Source: Patescibacteria group bacterium (GTDB lineage: Bacteria > Patescibacteriota > Microgenomatia > PFEM01 > JAHIFH01). From it: a DNA stretch of 64,000 nt. The notes under the pieces were generated by a model. That model searched no databases and was not told the origin of the DNA. It was given only the letters and a program-made list of their open reading frames with translations. Shown here piece after piece: positions 56,824 to 64,000 of this stretch (within the stretch, counting starts at the first letter, position 1; every line of letters begins with the position of its first letter). A program made the position numbers and the translations under genes. The stretch is taken from positions 47,956 through 111,955 of the forward strand of contig DATKWU010000018.1 of NCBI GenBank assembly GCA_035529375.1, written 5' to 3'.

Positions 56824-57571
56824 TGATTGAGACTACTTCTGGGATTTTTAATTTATCCGGTCTATTCTGAGTGAGTCTTAAACACATTTCACCTCTGGAA
56901 GCACCGTGGGTAAACCACCAACCATCAAGAAGCTTATCCCTTTTGCCTTCTTCATCATGATCCATCACTGAATGACATCTTTCTGCGTAGCGGATAAGTA
57001 GTTTAGAATTTTTATCTTCACCTTCCTGGAAAAAAGAAGGTGAAACAAAACTATTTAAACTATTATTGGTTGGATCAAATAATTCCAGCTTGGTGATTTT
57101 ATTATCCATCCCACCATACAAGAATTTATTGAGGCTGTAGGCTTGAAAAGAATGACCGGAATCAATTACTACCCAAATAATATCTTTTTCTTCTGGGAAT
57201 AGTAAGGAAAGTCTTTTCTTGACTTTAGCCAAATTCTCAGGGGTTGGTTCACACTCCAAATCCATCATCAGAATATGACCCAAAGTACTACCAAACTTTA
57301 CCTGAGAAGAAAGGCCAATATCATAGCCATCATAAAGGTTATTCTTCACTAGCTCTTCAAAAATGCCCATCTCATCGATGGTAAATTCTAGATGAGGATC
57401 TTGTTGCGCCAGTTTAGTCGGATAATAAGAGTACCGAACAAGCGAGCCCATGGTGATTGACTTTTGATTTAATCTAAAAATTGTTTCGGCGACTTTAATT
57501 GAAGTTTTATTGATCAGTGATTCGGAGGGAAAGATTGTTTTCTTTATCTTCATCCAATCTAACCATAACAA
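56786..57571 (-). CDS. Hypothetical protein with possible archaeo-eukaryotic primase (PrimPol) motifs
   Basis: Candidate AEP motifs I (ILMMDLECEP) and II (VVIDSGHSFQAY). The real start is probably at the internal Met MKIKK. The 3' end overlaps fmt by 38 nt. Confidence 0.35.
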   Translation of the reverse strand: MLWLDWMKIKKTIFPSESLINKTSIKVAETIFRLNQKSITMGSLVRYSYYPTKLAQQDPHLEFTIDEMGIFEELVKNNLYDGYDIGLSSQVKFGSTLGHILMMDLECEPTPENLAKVKKRLSLLFPEEKDIIWVVIDSGHSFQAYSLNKFLYGGMDNKITKLELFDPTNNSLNSFVSPSFFQEGEDKNSKLLIRYAERCHSVMDHDEEGKRDKLLDGWWFTHGASRGEMCLRLTQNRPDKLKIPEVVSIINLRSLLQDSPL

Positions 57572-57692
57572 CTAAGACCATATATTGATATAACCAGATA
57601 TATCAGGAAAATGGCTATTCAGCCCGAATTAACAGTTGATTTTTAGGAAATAGTCAGGTAAAATTTTAAATAAATAATATCAATATATTGCT

Positions 57693-58145
57693 ATGAATTG
57701 TCCATTTTGTCGAAGTTCTCAAGTTTTTGTTACTAATTCTCGCCCAACAAAGGGAAATACTCAAATTTGGCGTAGGCGAAAATGTTCAAATTGTAAAAAA
57801 TTATTTACTACTTACGAAAATATTGATCTTTCTTATCTCATTGTTATAAAAAAATCAGGTAGAAGACAAAGGTATGATCGAGCCAAACTATATTCAAGCA
57901 TCTACCATGCGGCTATTCAGGAAAAAGGTAGTGATCGAGGCGAAACTGGCAACTTAGCAGAAGAAATTACTAAGGACGTAGAAACAGAGATTCTCTCCTT
58001 AAAAAGAAAAAGAATTAAAACCTCTGAAATCTTTAATATTGTCTTTGATATCCTTAAGAAAAAACATCTCAGCACTTCCTTAAGATATTTAGCCTACTTT
58101 CAGAAACCTAGCAATTTATTAAGTCTTCGGAAATTATTATTTTAA
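57693..58145 (+). CDS. nrdR: Transcriptional repressor NrdR
   Basis: N-terminal zinc ribbon (CPFC...CSNC) plus ATP-cone. Confidence 0.85.
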   Translation: MNCPFCRSSQVFVTNSRPTKGNTQIWRRRKCSNCKKLFTTYENIDLSYLIVIKKSGRRQRYDRAKLYSSIYHAAIQEKGSDRGETGNLAEEITKDVETEILSLKRKRIKTSEIFNIVFDILKKKHLSTSLRYLAYFQKPSNLLSLRKLLF

Positions 58146-58149
58146 TATC

Positions 58150-58443
58150 CTAATTGATTTTGGAAACAGAAGATTTTTCAGGAGCAGGTTTTTCTTTCTT
58201 AATCTCTTTTTTCTCTTTTGCTTCTCTTTGTTTTTTCTTAATCGTTCTTAAACACTGAGTGCAAAGTTTCCATTTCCCCATCTCACCATTTAACTTCCCT
58301 CTGTAAGTTTGAAGATTGGGTTTTAAAACTTTTTTACTTTTTGGGGCTCGATACTTCCAACGACCACCAGCCACACCTTTTTTGTGTCGCTGTTGAGAAG
58401 TAATCACAATCCCTTTACCGCACCGGTCACATTTAAATGCCAT
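58150..58443 (-). CDS. rpmB: 50S ribosomal protein L28 with K/E-rich C-terminal extension
   Basis: CDRCGKG...RHKKG...RWKYRAPK...KPNLQ pattern typical of L28. Confidence 0.55.
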   Translation of the reverse strand: MAFKCDRCGKGIVITSQQRHKKGVAGGRWKYRAPKSKKVLKPNLQTYRGKLNGEMGKWKLCTQCLRTIKKKQREAKEKKEIKKEKPAPEKSSVSKIN

Positions 58444-58473
58444 ATGATGTAGTATAATAACAGAACAGGCATA

Positions 58474-59118
58474 ATGTTACAATATCTTTTTACCAATCCT
58501 TTATCTTTTGCTATCTGGGCCGCCGCTCTTCTGGTAGCGGTCACGGTTCATGAATTTGCTCATGCCTGGACAGCTGATCATTTAGGTGATCCTACTGCCA
58601 GACTAGCCGGTAGAGTCACCCTCAACCCCATCGCCCATCTTGATCCGATTGGTACTCTAATGCTCCTTGTCTTTCGTTTTGGCTGGGGCAAACCAGTTCC
58701 GATTGATCCCTTTAATCTCCGCAACCCTCGCCGAGACGCCGCTATTATCTCTTTTGCCGGACCAGCCGCTGATTTAGCTCTGGCTCTGATTCTTTCCTTA
58801 ATTATTCGCCTTTCCTATCTTTTTCTTAATTCTGCCCTCCTTATCCAAACCATTCTCCTGCCTTTTATCACCTTAAGTGTTATTCTCGCCATCTTTAATA
58901 TGATTCCCATCCATCCTCTAGATGGTGGTAAAATCCTAGTTGGTCTTTTACCCAAAGAAAATGCTTACAAAATAGACGCTGTTCTTAACCGATATGGTTT
59001 CTTCATTCTCATTCTTCTTATCTTTCCTTTTTTCGGCACTTCACCTATTATTGCCATTATCTCGCCTATCATTAACCTTATCCTGTCTCTTCTTCTCCCA
59101 AACGCCCCGCTCGTGTAA
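58474..59118 (+). CDS. Site-2 protease family (M50B, SpoIVFB-like) membrane metalloprotease
   Basis: HEFAH in TM1 and LDGG in a later TM. Confidence 0.7.
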   Translation: MLQYLFTNPLSFAIWAAALLVAVTVHEFAHAWTADHLGDPTARLAGRVTLNPIAHLDPIGTLMLLVFRFGWGKPVPIDPFNLRNPRRDAAIISFAGPAADLALALILSLIIRLSYLFLNSALLIQTILLPFITLSVILAIFNMIPIHPLDGGKILVGLLPKENAYKIDAVLNRYGFFILILLIFPFFGTSPIIAIISPIINLILSLLLPNAPLV

Positions 59119-59409
59119 AAAAACTGACCTATTACGATATAGTTTAGCCTCTTGACTATGAAAATAAAAAATGTTACCTTTAATTTGTCCTGCCGGAAAA
59201 GGATCAGGAATGTAAGCACTTTTCCTCAACGTTTCTAAGGGAGTTTAGCTCTCTAAACCTCGTGGGGTTTAGAGGCGAACACCCACTTGAAAATCATTCA
59301 GGAAAAAAGCTCTGCACTCCCCCTCTTCGGTGGGACTTACATACTCAAATTTATTCCTTCCAAAGATTAGATTTCTCTCTCTTTTTTTGTTAAAATCAAA
59401 AATACAAAT

Positions 59410-59485
59410 GCCGCCTTAGCTCAGCTGGTAGAGCACTCGCTTTGTAAGCGATCGGTCCTCGGTTCGAATCCGAGAGGCGGCTCCA
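59410..59485 (+). tRNA. tRNA-Thr (anticodon UGU)
   Basis: Hand-folded cloverleaf: acceptor GCCGCCT/AGGCGGC, D-arm GCTC-AGCTGGTA-GAGC, anticodon loop TTTGTAA, T-loop TTCGAAT. 3' CCA is encoded. Confidence 0.85.
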
Positions 59486-59490
59486 GAAAA

Positions 59491-60438
59491 ATGAAGCCCT
59501 TCCTTGCCCAAATAAGCAAATTAAGTTTTCTTACCCTTGTTTTCATTTCACCACTAGTAATTGCTAACCATCTCTCTTCCCCAAAAGTCATCTCTCTCAA
59601 AGAAACATTAACTCCAGCCATTGCTTATCACTCCCAAAACCAACTAACTAACCAAAATCCAACCAACAAAAATAAAACCAAGTTTGCTGTTCTCCTTGCC
59701 CAAAATCCTCAACCAAAAGTACTTGGAACTGAAACAACCAAAGATGAAGAAAAAGAAGAAAAAACTGAATCTTCTCAAACCACCGGTACTTACACCATTG
59801 CCCTGCTTGGAGATTCAATGATTGATGTCATGCAACCAGATTTACCCCAACTAGAAGCGGCTTTAAAAAAATATTATCCCCAAGCTCAATTCAAACTCCT
59901 TAATTATGGCGTCGGCGCCAGTAACATCGAATATGGTCTGACCAGACTAACCAAAAAATATACTTATCTAGGCAGAGAATTTCCGGCTCTCTTATCCCAA
60001 AACCCAAACATTATTGTGATTGAATCTTTTGCCTATAATCACTGGGACAACAATCAAACCGGTCTAGATCGCCAATGGCTAGCCCTAGGCGGCATTATTC
60101 AAACCATCAAAAACCAAAGCCAAACGAAAATTGTCCTGGCCGCCACCATTGCCCCAAACGAAAACACTCTTTGTAATGGAATTGATGGTATCAACTTACC
60201 CCCTGATCAAAAGAAAGAAAAGGCTCAAACTATAAAGAAGTATCTCAATAACCTCATCAACTTTGCCAATTCCCAAAACTACCCCTTAGCTGATGCCTAT
60301 CATCCTAGCCTTAATGAAAATGAAAATGGCCAAGCAATCTACATTAATGAAGGTGATCATCTTCATCCTTCAGGCCCAGGCGGTGAATTATTTGCCGAGA
60401 AAATAGCGGAAGCAATCTTTAAAAATAAACTCCTTTAG
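59491..60438 (+). CDS. SGNH/GDSL-family hydrolase, secreted
   Basis: Signal peptide, GDS block (IALLGDSM) and DxxH block (GDHLHPSG). Confidence 0.7.
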   Translation: MKPFLAQISKLSFLTLVFISPLVIANHLSSPKVISLKETLTPAIAYHSQNQLTNQNPTNKNKTKFAVLLAQNPQPKVLGTETTKDEEKEEKTESSQTTGTYTIALLGDSMIDVMQPDLPQLEAALKKYYPQAQFKLLNYGVGASNIEYGLTRLTKKYTYLGREFPALLSQNPNIIVIESFAYNHWDNNQTGLDRQWLALGGIIQTIKNQSQTKIVLAATIAPNENTLCNGIDGINLPPDQKKEKAQTIKKYLNNLINFANSQNYPLADAYHPSLNENENGQAIYINEGDHLHPSGPGGELFAEKIAEAIFKNKLL

Positions 60439-60442
60439 TTAA

Positions 60443-61114
60443 TTATTTATTTAATTGACTAATCCTTAAAACCACCTTTTGATTATCAGCCACAAATCTG
60501 AATATAACCGGATAATCCAGACTATTAGTAATATATAAATTCTGGTTAGGACTTTGAGAACGAATCGAAGTCCCGTATTCCCGAGCCACACCAGGAATTA
60601 AGGCAAAATCGTGACTAGCTTTAGCGACTACTTCTAAATCCGCTTCAATGGCTACCCAGTTAATCAAAGAAGCTAAGTGACAAACACCATTCCCACCCAA
60701 TCCCCAAACACTTTTGTAGCCCTCATCAACAAAGAAACGAGAGTTCATCGTCACCTGAGGATTCTGGTATTCAGTTAAAACATTCTCATGGAAAGCAAAA
60801 ACCTCACCCGATTGAAGCACAAAACTGACTTCAAACGGCTGACGCGCCCAATCCCAATTAATTTTGGGATTTTTAATATCACCTTTTAAATAATGCAAAG
60901 CCAATAAAATATTGTCAGTATAGCCCTGATTAGCGTTTGGATTCGGTTCACGAATCGTTAAATCCAAGGTTTCTTCAGCCAAAACTTCATCACTCTGATT
61001 AAAAACCAAAAGATAATCAGGTACTGGCGACAATAGCGGACCCGCCGCCTGAGAAACCGGCAATAAAGCGGTGGAAACTAAAGCAACAGCACTAATAAGC
61101 GTTTCTTTTAACAT
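60443..61114 (-). CDS. VanW-like domain secreted protein
   Basis: GLGGNGVCHLASLINWVA resembles the VanW GGGVCQ(V/L)S(S/T)TLYN motif. Signal peptide present. Confidence 0.45.
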   Translation of the reverse strand: MLKETLISAVALVSTALLPVSQAAGPLLSPVPDYLLVFNQSDEVLAEETLDLTIREPNPNANQGYTDNILLALHYLKGDIKNPKINWDWARQPFEVSFVLQSGEVFAFHENVLTEYQNPQVTMNSRFFVDEGYKSVWGLGGNGVCHLASLINWVAIEADLEVVAKASHDFALIPGVAREYGTSIRSQSPNQNLYITNSLDYPVIFRFVADNQKVVLRISQLNK

Positions 61115-61236
61115 TTTTTATATAAAAAGCCTCTGCTTTCGCAGAGGTGTCAAAACGTTAATTTATGTTGCTTATTATATCTTAAGACATCAAAAAAGTC
61201 AAGTCAGATGATGATTAAAAAGGAGAAAAAAGGTAG

Positions 61237-61860
61237 TTACTCAATCACTTCTTCAGCTTCTTCAATAATACCGCCCGCACCGCCAGCTCCTTGCCAACCC
61301 GATTCTGTTTCTTCACCTTCAAGAGGAATAAAAGTAAAGGTATCAAGAATATTGTTGTAAACCTCTTGCCAATAATTTTCTTCGTCAGGATACATCTCAA
61401 CTAACACTAGCGAATCAATATCAATCGCCGCCACCACTAATTTTTCTGGATCAGAAAAAGCGATCTTTTTTGCTGGTTCAGTATCTAACTTAGTATCAAA
61501 AACTTGTTCCTCCTCCCCTATCTCATCGGCCAACCAATCTTCTATATCTGTATAATCAGTTTCTTTTACCCAAACTAAAATTTTACCTGAATGGTCAGGC
61601 GAAGTTAATTCAAGATGAGCGTAACTTTCTTCATCCTCTTCATGAGGATCAATTTTAATCTCTTTAGGATAAAGAAAACTGAAACCAGCCGGGTCTTCCC
61701 AGGTCACTTCTTCAGCGCTCTCGCTCTCCTTAACAATCGGGCCAACTAGCGAGCGACTACCTTTTATTTTAAAAAGAACCACGCCTCCAACTAAAACACC
61801 GATAAGAATAAGACTAGTGATTAATAATTTTTTTCGTTCCATTAAAAATAACTCTATCAT
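61237..61860 (-). CDS. Hypothetical acidic membrane-anchored protein
   Basis: 207 aa with an N-terminal TM helix. Confidence 0.35.
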   Translation of the reverse strand: MIELFLMERKKLLITSLILIGVLVGGVVLFKIKGSRSLVGPIVKESESAEEVTWEDPAGFSFLYPKEIKIDPHEEDEESYAHLELTSPDHSGKILVWVKETDYTDIEDWLADEIGEEEQVFDTKLDTEPAKKIAFSDPEKLVVAAIDIDSLVLVEMYPDEENYWQEVYNNILDTFTFIPLEGEETESGWQGAGGAGGIIEEAEEVIE

Positions 61861-61942
61861 ATGATTTTTCTTAACTCAACAAGAAATTAAAATATTAATA
61901 ATAAACTTGACAGCCAACCAATAACTCGCTATTCTCCAATTA

Positions 61943-62377
61943 ATGAAGAAATTTTTAACAGCCTTTGTCCTGACCAGTTTCGCTCTCTTAGTTTTGGTCT
62001 CAGGCGTTAAAGCCGCTAAAACTCGTCCTCCCAGAGGCAGTGCCACGGGCACGCCCGTTGCTAGAACCTATACTCGAGGCATCTACTCAACCGTTCGCTT
62101 CCGACCCGATAGATTAGGTCTCCTAATTAATTTTTCTGGTTTTAGTGGTATCACCACGGTTACTTATACCCTTACCTACGAAGCCAATGGTATTCCCCAA
62201 GGCGCCATGGGAACGGCCACCCCAGAAACTGGCAGTGAACAAAGAGAACTGCTTTTCGGGACCTGCTCTCATGGAACTTGCCGCTACCACACTAATATCA
62301 CCAATGCTCGTCTCGTGATTGATTCCAAGCTTACTTCAGGTTTAATTATCCGCAAACCTTATCGAATTAATATTTAA
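61943..62377 (+). CDS. Hypothetical secreted protein
   Basis: 144 aa with a signal peptide. Confidence 0.35.
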   Translation: MKKFLTAFVLTSFALLVLVSGVKAAKTRPPRGSATGTPVARTYTRGIYSTVRFRPDRLGLLINFSGFSGITTVTYTLTYEANGIPQGAMGTATPETGSEQRELLFGTCSHGTCRYHTNITNARLVIDSKLTSGLIIRKPYRINI

Positions 62378-62393
62378 TTAATATTTGAAAAGC

Positions 62394-62588
62394 TTATTCT
62401 TTAATTGAAGCTAAAAATTCTTCTTTAGTAAGCAAAGGCGCTACTTTTCTAACCTTTATCAAGATTTCTTCTTTCTTATCCTGACTATTGGCTTTTGAAT
62501 AAAGCTGACGCCACTTAGCTAATTTCTTTTTTCTTCTTTGTTTAATCTTGATTTGGCTTCTTCTTTTATTTCTGTCAATCTTGGCCAT
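62394..62588 (-). CDS. Hypothetical highly basic small protein (may be spurious)
   Basis: 64-aa K/R-rich ORF abutting the tRNA 3' end. Confidence 0.2.
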   Translation of the reverse strand: MAKIDRNKRRSQIKIKQRRKKKLAKWRQLYSKANSQDKKEEILIKVRKVAPLLTKEEFLASIKE

Positions 62589-62663
62589 TTGGAGCTGAGA
62601 GCGGGAATCGAACCCGCGTCGGCTGCTTACCGAGCAGCTGCTTTTCCACTAAGCTATCCCAGC
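62589..62663 (-). tRNA. tRNA, probably tRNA-Thr (anticodon GGU)
   Basis: Hand-folded: acceptor GCTGGGA/TCTCAGC (one G-U), D-arm GCTT-AGTGGAA-AAGC, anticodon stem GCTGC/GCAGC with loop TCGGTAA, T-arm GCGGG-TTCGATT-CCCGC. CCA is encoded. Confidence 0.65.
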
Positions 62664-62956
62664 TGGGACATAATCCATTTCTTCAATTTTATATTTCCAA
62701 AAGCAACGCTGCAAACCCCGTATTTTGATTTTTTCTTGTATGACCCCTTACCCTGAGGAGGTATCACCGTTATTTTACCAAATTTCTCATTAGAAACTTT
62801 TAGCTTTTTAGACCAATATTCCAAAGCTCTCTCTGGGTCAACATCGTTGAAAATTATAAGATTAAATCTTAGTTTATTAGTATTAATTTGACAAATTTTT
62901 ATCAAGAACTCAATAAATTTTTCAATAACTTTTGGGTCTGAGTTACTCACAGACAC
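62654..62956 (-). CDS. Hypothetical protein
   Basis: 100-aa ORF whose 3' end overlaps the tRNA by ~10 nt. Confidence 0.3.
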   Translation of the reverse strand: MSVSNSDPKVIEKFIEFLIKICQINTNKLRFNLIIFNDVDPERALEYWSKKLKVSNEKFGKITVIPPQGKGSYKKKSKYGVCSVAFGNIKLKKWIMSQLG

Positions 62957-62967
62957 CCTATGTTTAC

Positions 62968-63459
62968 TTACTTATTACCTTCTCCCCAATAAATACCAAG
63001 ACCCATCCCTAAAAGTTGTCTTTCTTCTGGTGAAAGTTTTTCCTTTATTTCAAAAGGATCTCCATTTGGATTATATTTGAGATAAATAGCTTCACTAACT
63101 GAACGCTTGGGTATCTGAAAATTTTTCAACCAATAATTAACTTTATAGAGCGAAATGCCTAATTTTTCAGCAATTTCATTTGCAGAAAGGCCATTTTTAT
63201 AAAGCTTTTCTAGTCGTACTTTAGATACAGGCGATTCCGGACTCCTTTTCAAATTATTTACTTTGGCTGCACAAGACTGACTACAATACTTTTTTGGGTC
63301 AGAAGCTACAACTAGAAAAGTTTCTTCACACCTCCTCCTCGCACAAGTTCGCTCCACCTCTTCCTTTAAATGATTATAAGCACCCTTTTGCCAATTCTTT
63401 TTTGTTAAAGAACTCTGTTTCTCTCTATAAACTGATGAATCATAAAAGGCAGGTCTCAT
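62968..63459 (-). CDS. Hypothetical protein with HTH-like segment
   Basis: 163 aa. LSANEIAEKLGISLYKVNYWL resembles a sigma-region-4/resolvase-type HTH. The C-terminus LGMGLGIYWGEG is weakly LAGLIDADG-like. Confidence 0.4.
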   Translation of the reverse strand: MRPAFYDSSVYREKQSSLTKKNWQKGAYNHLKEEVERTCARRRCEETFLVVASDPKKYCSQSCAAKVNNLKRSPESPVSKVRLEKLYKNGLSANEIAEKLGISLYKVNYWLKNFQIPKRSVSEAIYLKYNPNGDPFEIKEKLSPEERQLLGMGLGIYWGEGNK

Positions 63460-63464
63460 TTCAG

Positions 63465-63547
63465 TGCCAGGGGAGGGACTTGCACCCCCGAAGGCTTGCG
63501 CCAGCGGTTTTACAGACCGCCCCGTTTGACTACTTCGGTACCCTGGC
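63465..63547 (-). tRNA. tRNA-Tyr (anticodon GUA), type II with long variable arm
   Basis: Hand-folded: acceptor GCCAGGG/CCCTGGC, anticodon stem GCGGT/ACCGC with loop CTGTAAA, and a variable arm GGC-GCAA-GCC with a GNRA loop. The T-loop reads TGCAAGT. No CCA is encoded. Confidence 0.7.
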
Positions 63548-63613
63548 TTGTTCTTAATTTTACCATAAATTGTCTTTGAGAAAAAGTAAATTTTATGTTA
63601 AAATCCCTTCATC

Positions 63614-63787
63614 ATGGCAAAAAAAGGACCAAGACAACCAATTGTTTTAATCTGTACTGCTTGCAAATCCCAAAATTATATCACCAGTAAATCAAAAACA
63701 AATACGCCCGATAAATTGGTTTTAAAGAAATATTGCCGAAAATGTCGAAAAAAAACTGAGCACAAAGAATCTTCTAAATTAAAATAA
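63614..63787 (+). CDS. rpmG: 50S ribosomal protein L33
   Basis: 57 aa, MAKKGPRQPIVLICTACKSQNYITSKSKTNTPDKLVLKKYCRKCRKKTEHKE. It falls below the ORF-track length cutoff. Confidence 0.8.
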   Translation: MAKKGPRQPIVLICTACKSQNYITSKSKTNTPDKLVLKKYCRKCRKKTEHKESSKLK

Positions 63788-63837
63788 ACTATTTTTTTCT
63801 TTGACAAAATTGATTTAATGCTATACAATTTGATTCA

Positions 63838-64000
63838 ATGAAGCGGGTTCAATCACTCATTCCTCTTCTGCCCGCCTTAATTCTTCTTCTTGTTCTGCCT
63901 AAAACTGTTCTGGCCGAAACCAAAACTTTTAATCTTACCAAAGATACTTACGCTAACCAGGCTTATCCTGACCAAAACCGAGGCACCACCGGCAGTGTCG
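63838..64000 (+). CDS. Hypothetical secreted protein (partial, runs off window end)
   Basis: MKRVQSLIPLLPALILLLVLPKTVLA signal peptide. Confidence 0.4.
   Translation, partial: MKRVQSLIPLLPALILLLVLPKTVLAETKTFNLTKDTYANQAYPDQNRGTTGSV

Noticed and set aside
57572-57692. NrdR-box operator upstream of nrdR
   Set aside because: No clear tandem NrdR-box palindromes could be recognised by eye in this AT-rich spacer.
59230-59270. SRP (4.5S) RNA domain IV-like CCGGAA...AGGA...CAGG string
   Set aside because: The GGAA does not sit in a closed tetraloop (C/A mismatch at the closing pair), and the conserved symmetric-loop context is missing.
59410-59485. tmRNA 3' tRNA-like domain, suggested by the GGCUCCA 3' end
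   Set aside because: The 5' half is a standard tRNA D-arm (TAGCTCAGCTGGTAGAGC) with a complete anticodon arm (UGU). There is no tmRNA-type 5' sequence or tag reading frame upstream.
59421-59621. 66-aa ORF overlapping tRNA-Thr on the opposite strand
   Set aside because: It overlaps a well-folded tRNA and the start of the SGNH hydrolase gene, and has no SD.
62968-63010. LAGLIDADG homing endonuclease, suggested by the LGMGLGIYWGEG C-terminus of the 62968..63459 protein
   Set aside because: The motif sits at the very C-terminus with no second motif or endonuclease-sized domain. It is too weak to call.
1-64000. CRISPR arrays and rRNA genes
   Set aside because: The only repeats found are the two ~100-bp leaders and the ~35-bp EamA relic; no 16S/23S/5S-like segments were seen.

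Overview
The window is a 64 kb, AT-rich (roughly 36-40% GC by eye), gene-dense bacterial chromosomal segment with short intergenic spacers and many 4-nt start/stop overlaps. Most genes lie in one long minus-strand block (851-34374). Several traits together suggest a Candidate Phyla Radiation / Patescibacteria-like episymbiont-type bacterium, though this is an inference that only a phylogeny could confirm. These traits are an archaeal/eukaryote-type ProRS, a short EF-Ts, a tandem-domain ThyX, an O-antigen-ligase/TPR protein, many signal-peptide/Cys-rich surface proteins, secreted nucleases together with nucleoside-salvage genes, and an intein. Recognisable housekeeping content includes: cysS; the recR/ybaB/dnaX block; rpsU-yqeY; HIT; proS; rseP; frr-tsf-rpsB; a split FtcD (formimidoyltransferase plus cyclodeaminase); a pyrimidine deoxynucleotide salvage cluster (tmk, TK1-like kinase, thyX, dCMP deaminase); dprA-topA; mreC-mreD-mrdA with mreB elsewhere; def-fmt; nrdR; rpmB; rpmG; two tRNA-Thr and a tRNA-Tyr. 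Accessory or unusual content: (1) two adjacent secreted Cys-rich proteins that carry complementary N- and C-terminal halves of a Hint (intein/Hedgehog-type) domain; (2) a 440-aa LAGLIDADG intein inserted exactly at the CxxxCxxC motif of an AmmeMemoRadiSam-type radical SAM enzyme, with the AMMECR1 and Memo/LigB-like partners encoded 11-14 kb away; (3) a membrane-bound spermidine-synthase-like gene interrupted by a single in-frame TAG; (4) two secreted HExxH proteins preceded by duplicated ~100-bp promoter/5'-UTR modules with extended -10 boxes and SD-sequestering hairpins; (5) a GC-rich islet with two small membrane proteins between dprA and mrdA, and a second GC-rich small ORF between ybaB and recR; (6) a YbeY homolog that has lost two of three zinc-ligand histidines; (7) a HigB/HigA-like toxin-antitoxin pair, an orphan GIY-YIG nuclease, a PrimPol-like ORF, and secreted SNase and S1/P1-like nucleases. 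No rRNA genes and no CRISPR arrays were seen. All calls come from reading the sequence and the supplied ORF translations. No database searches were run.
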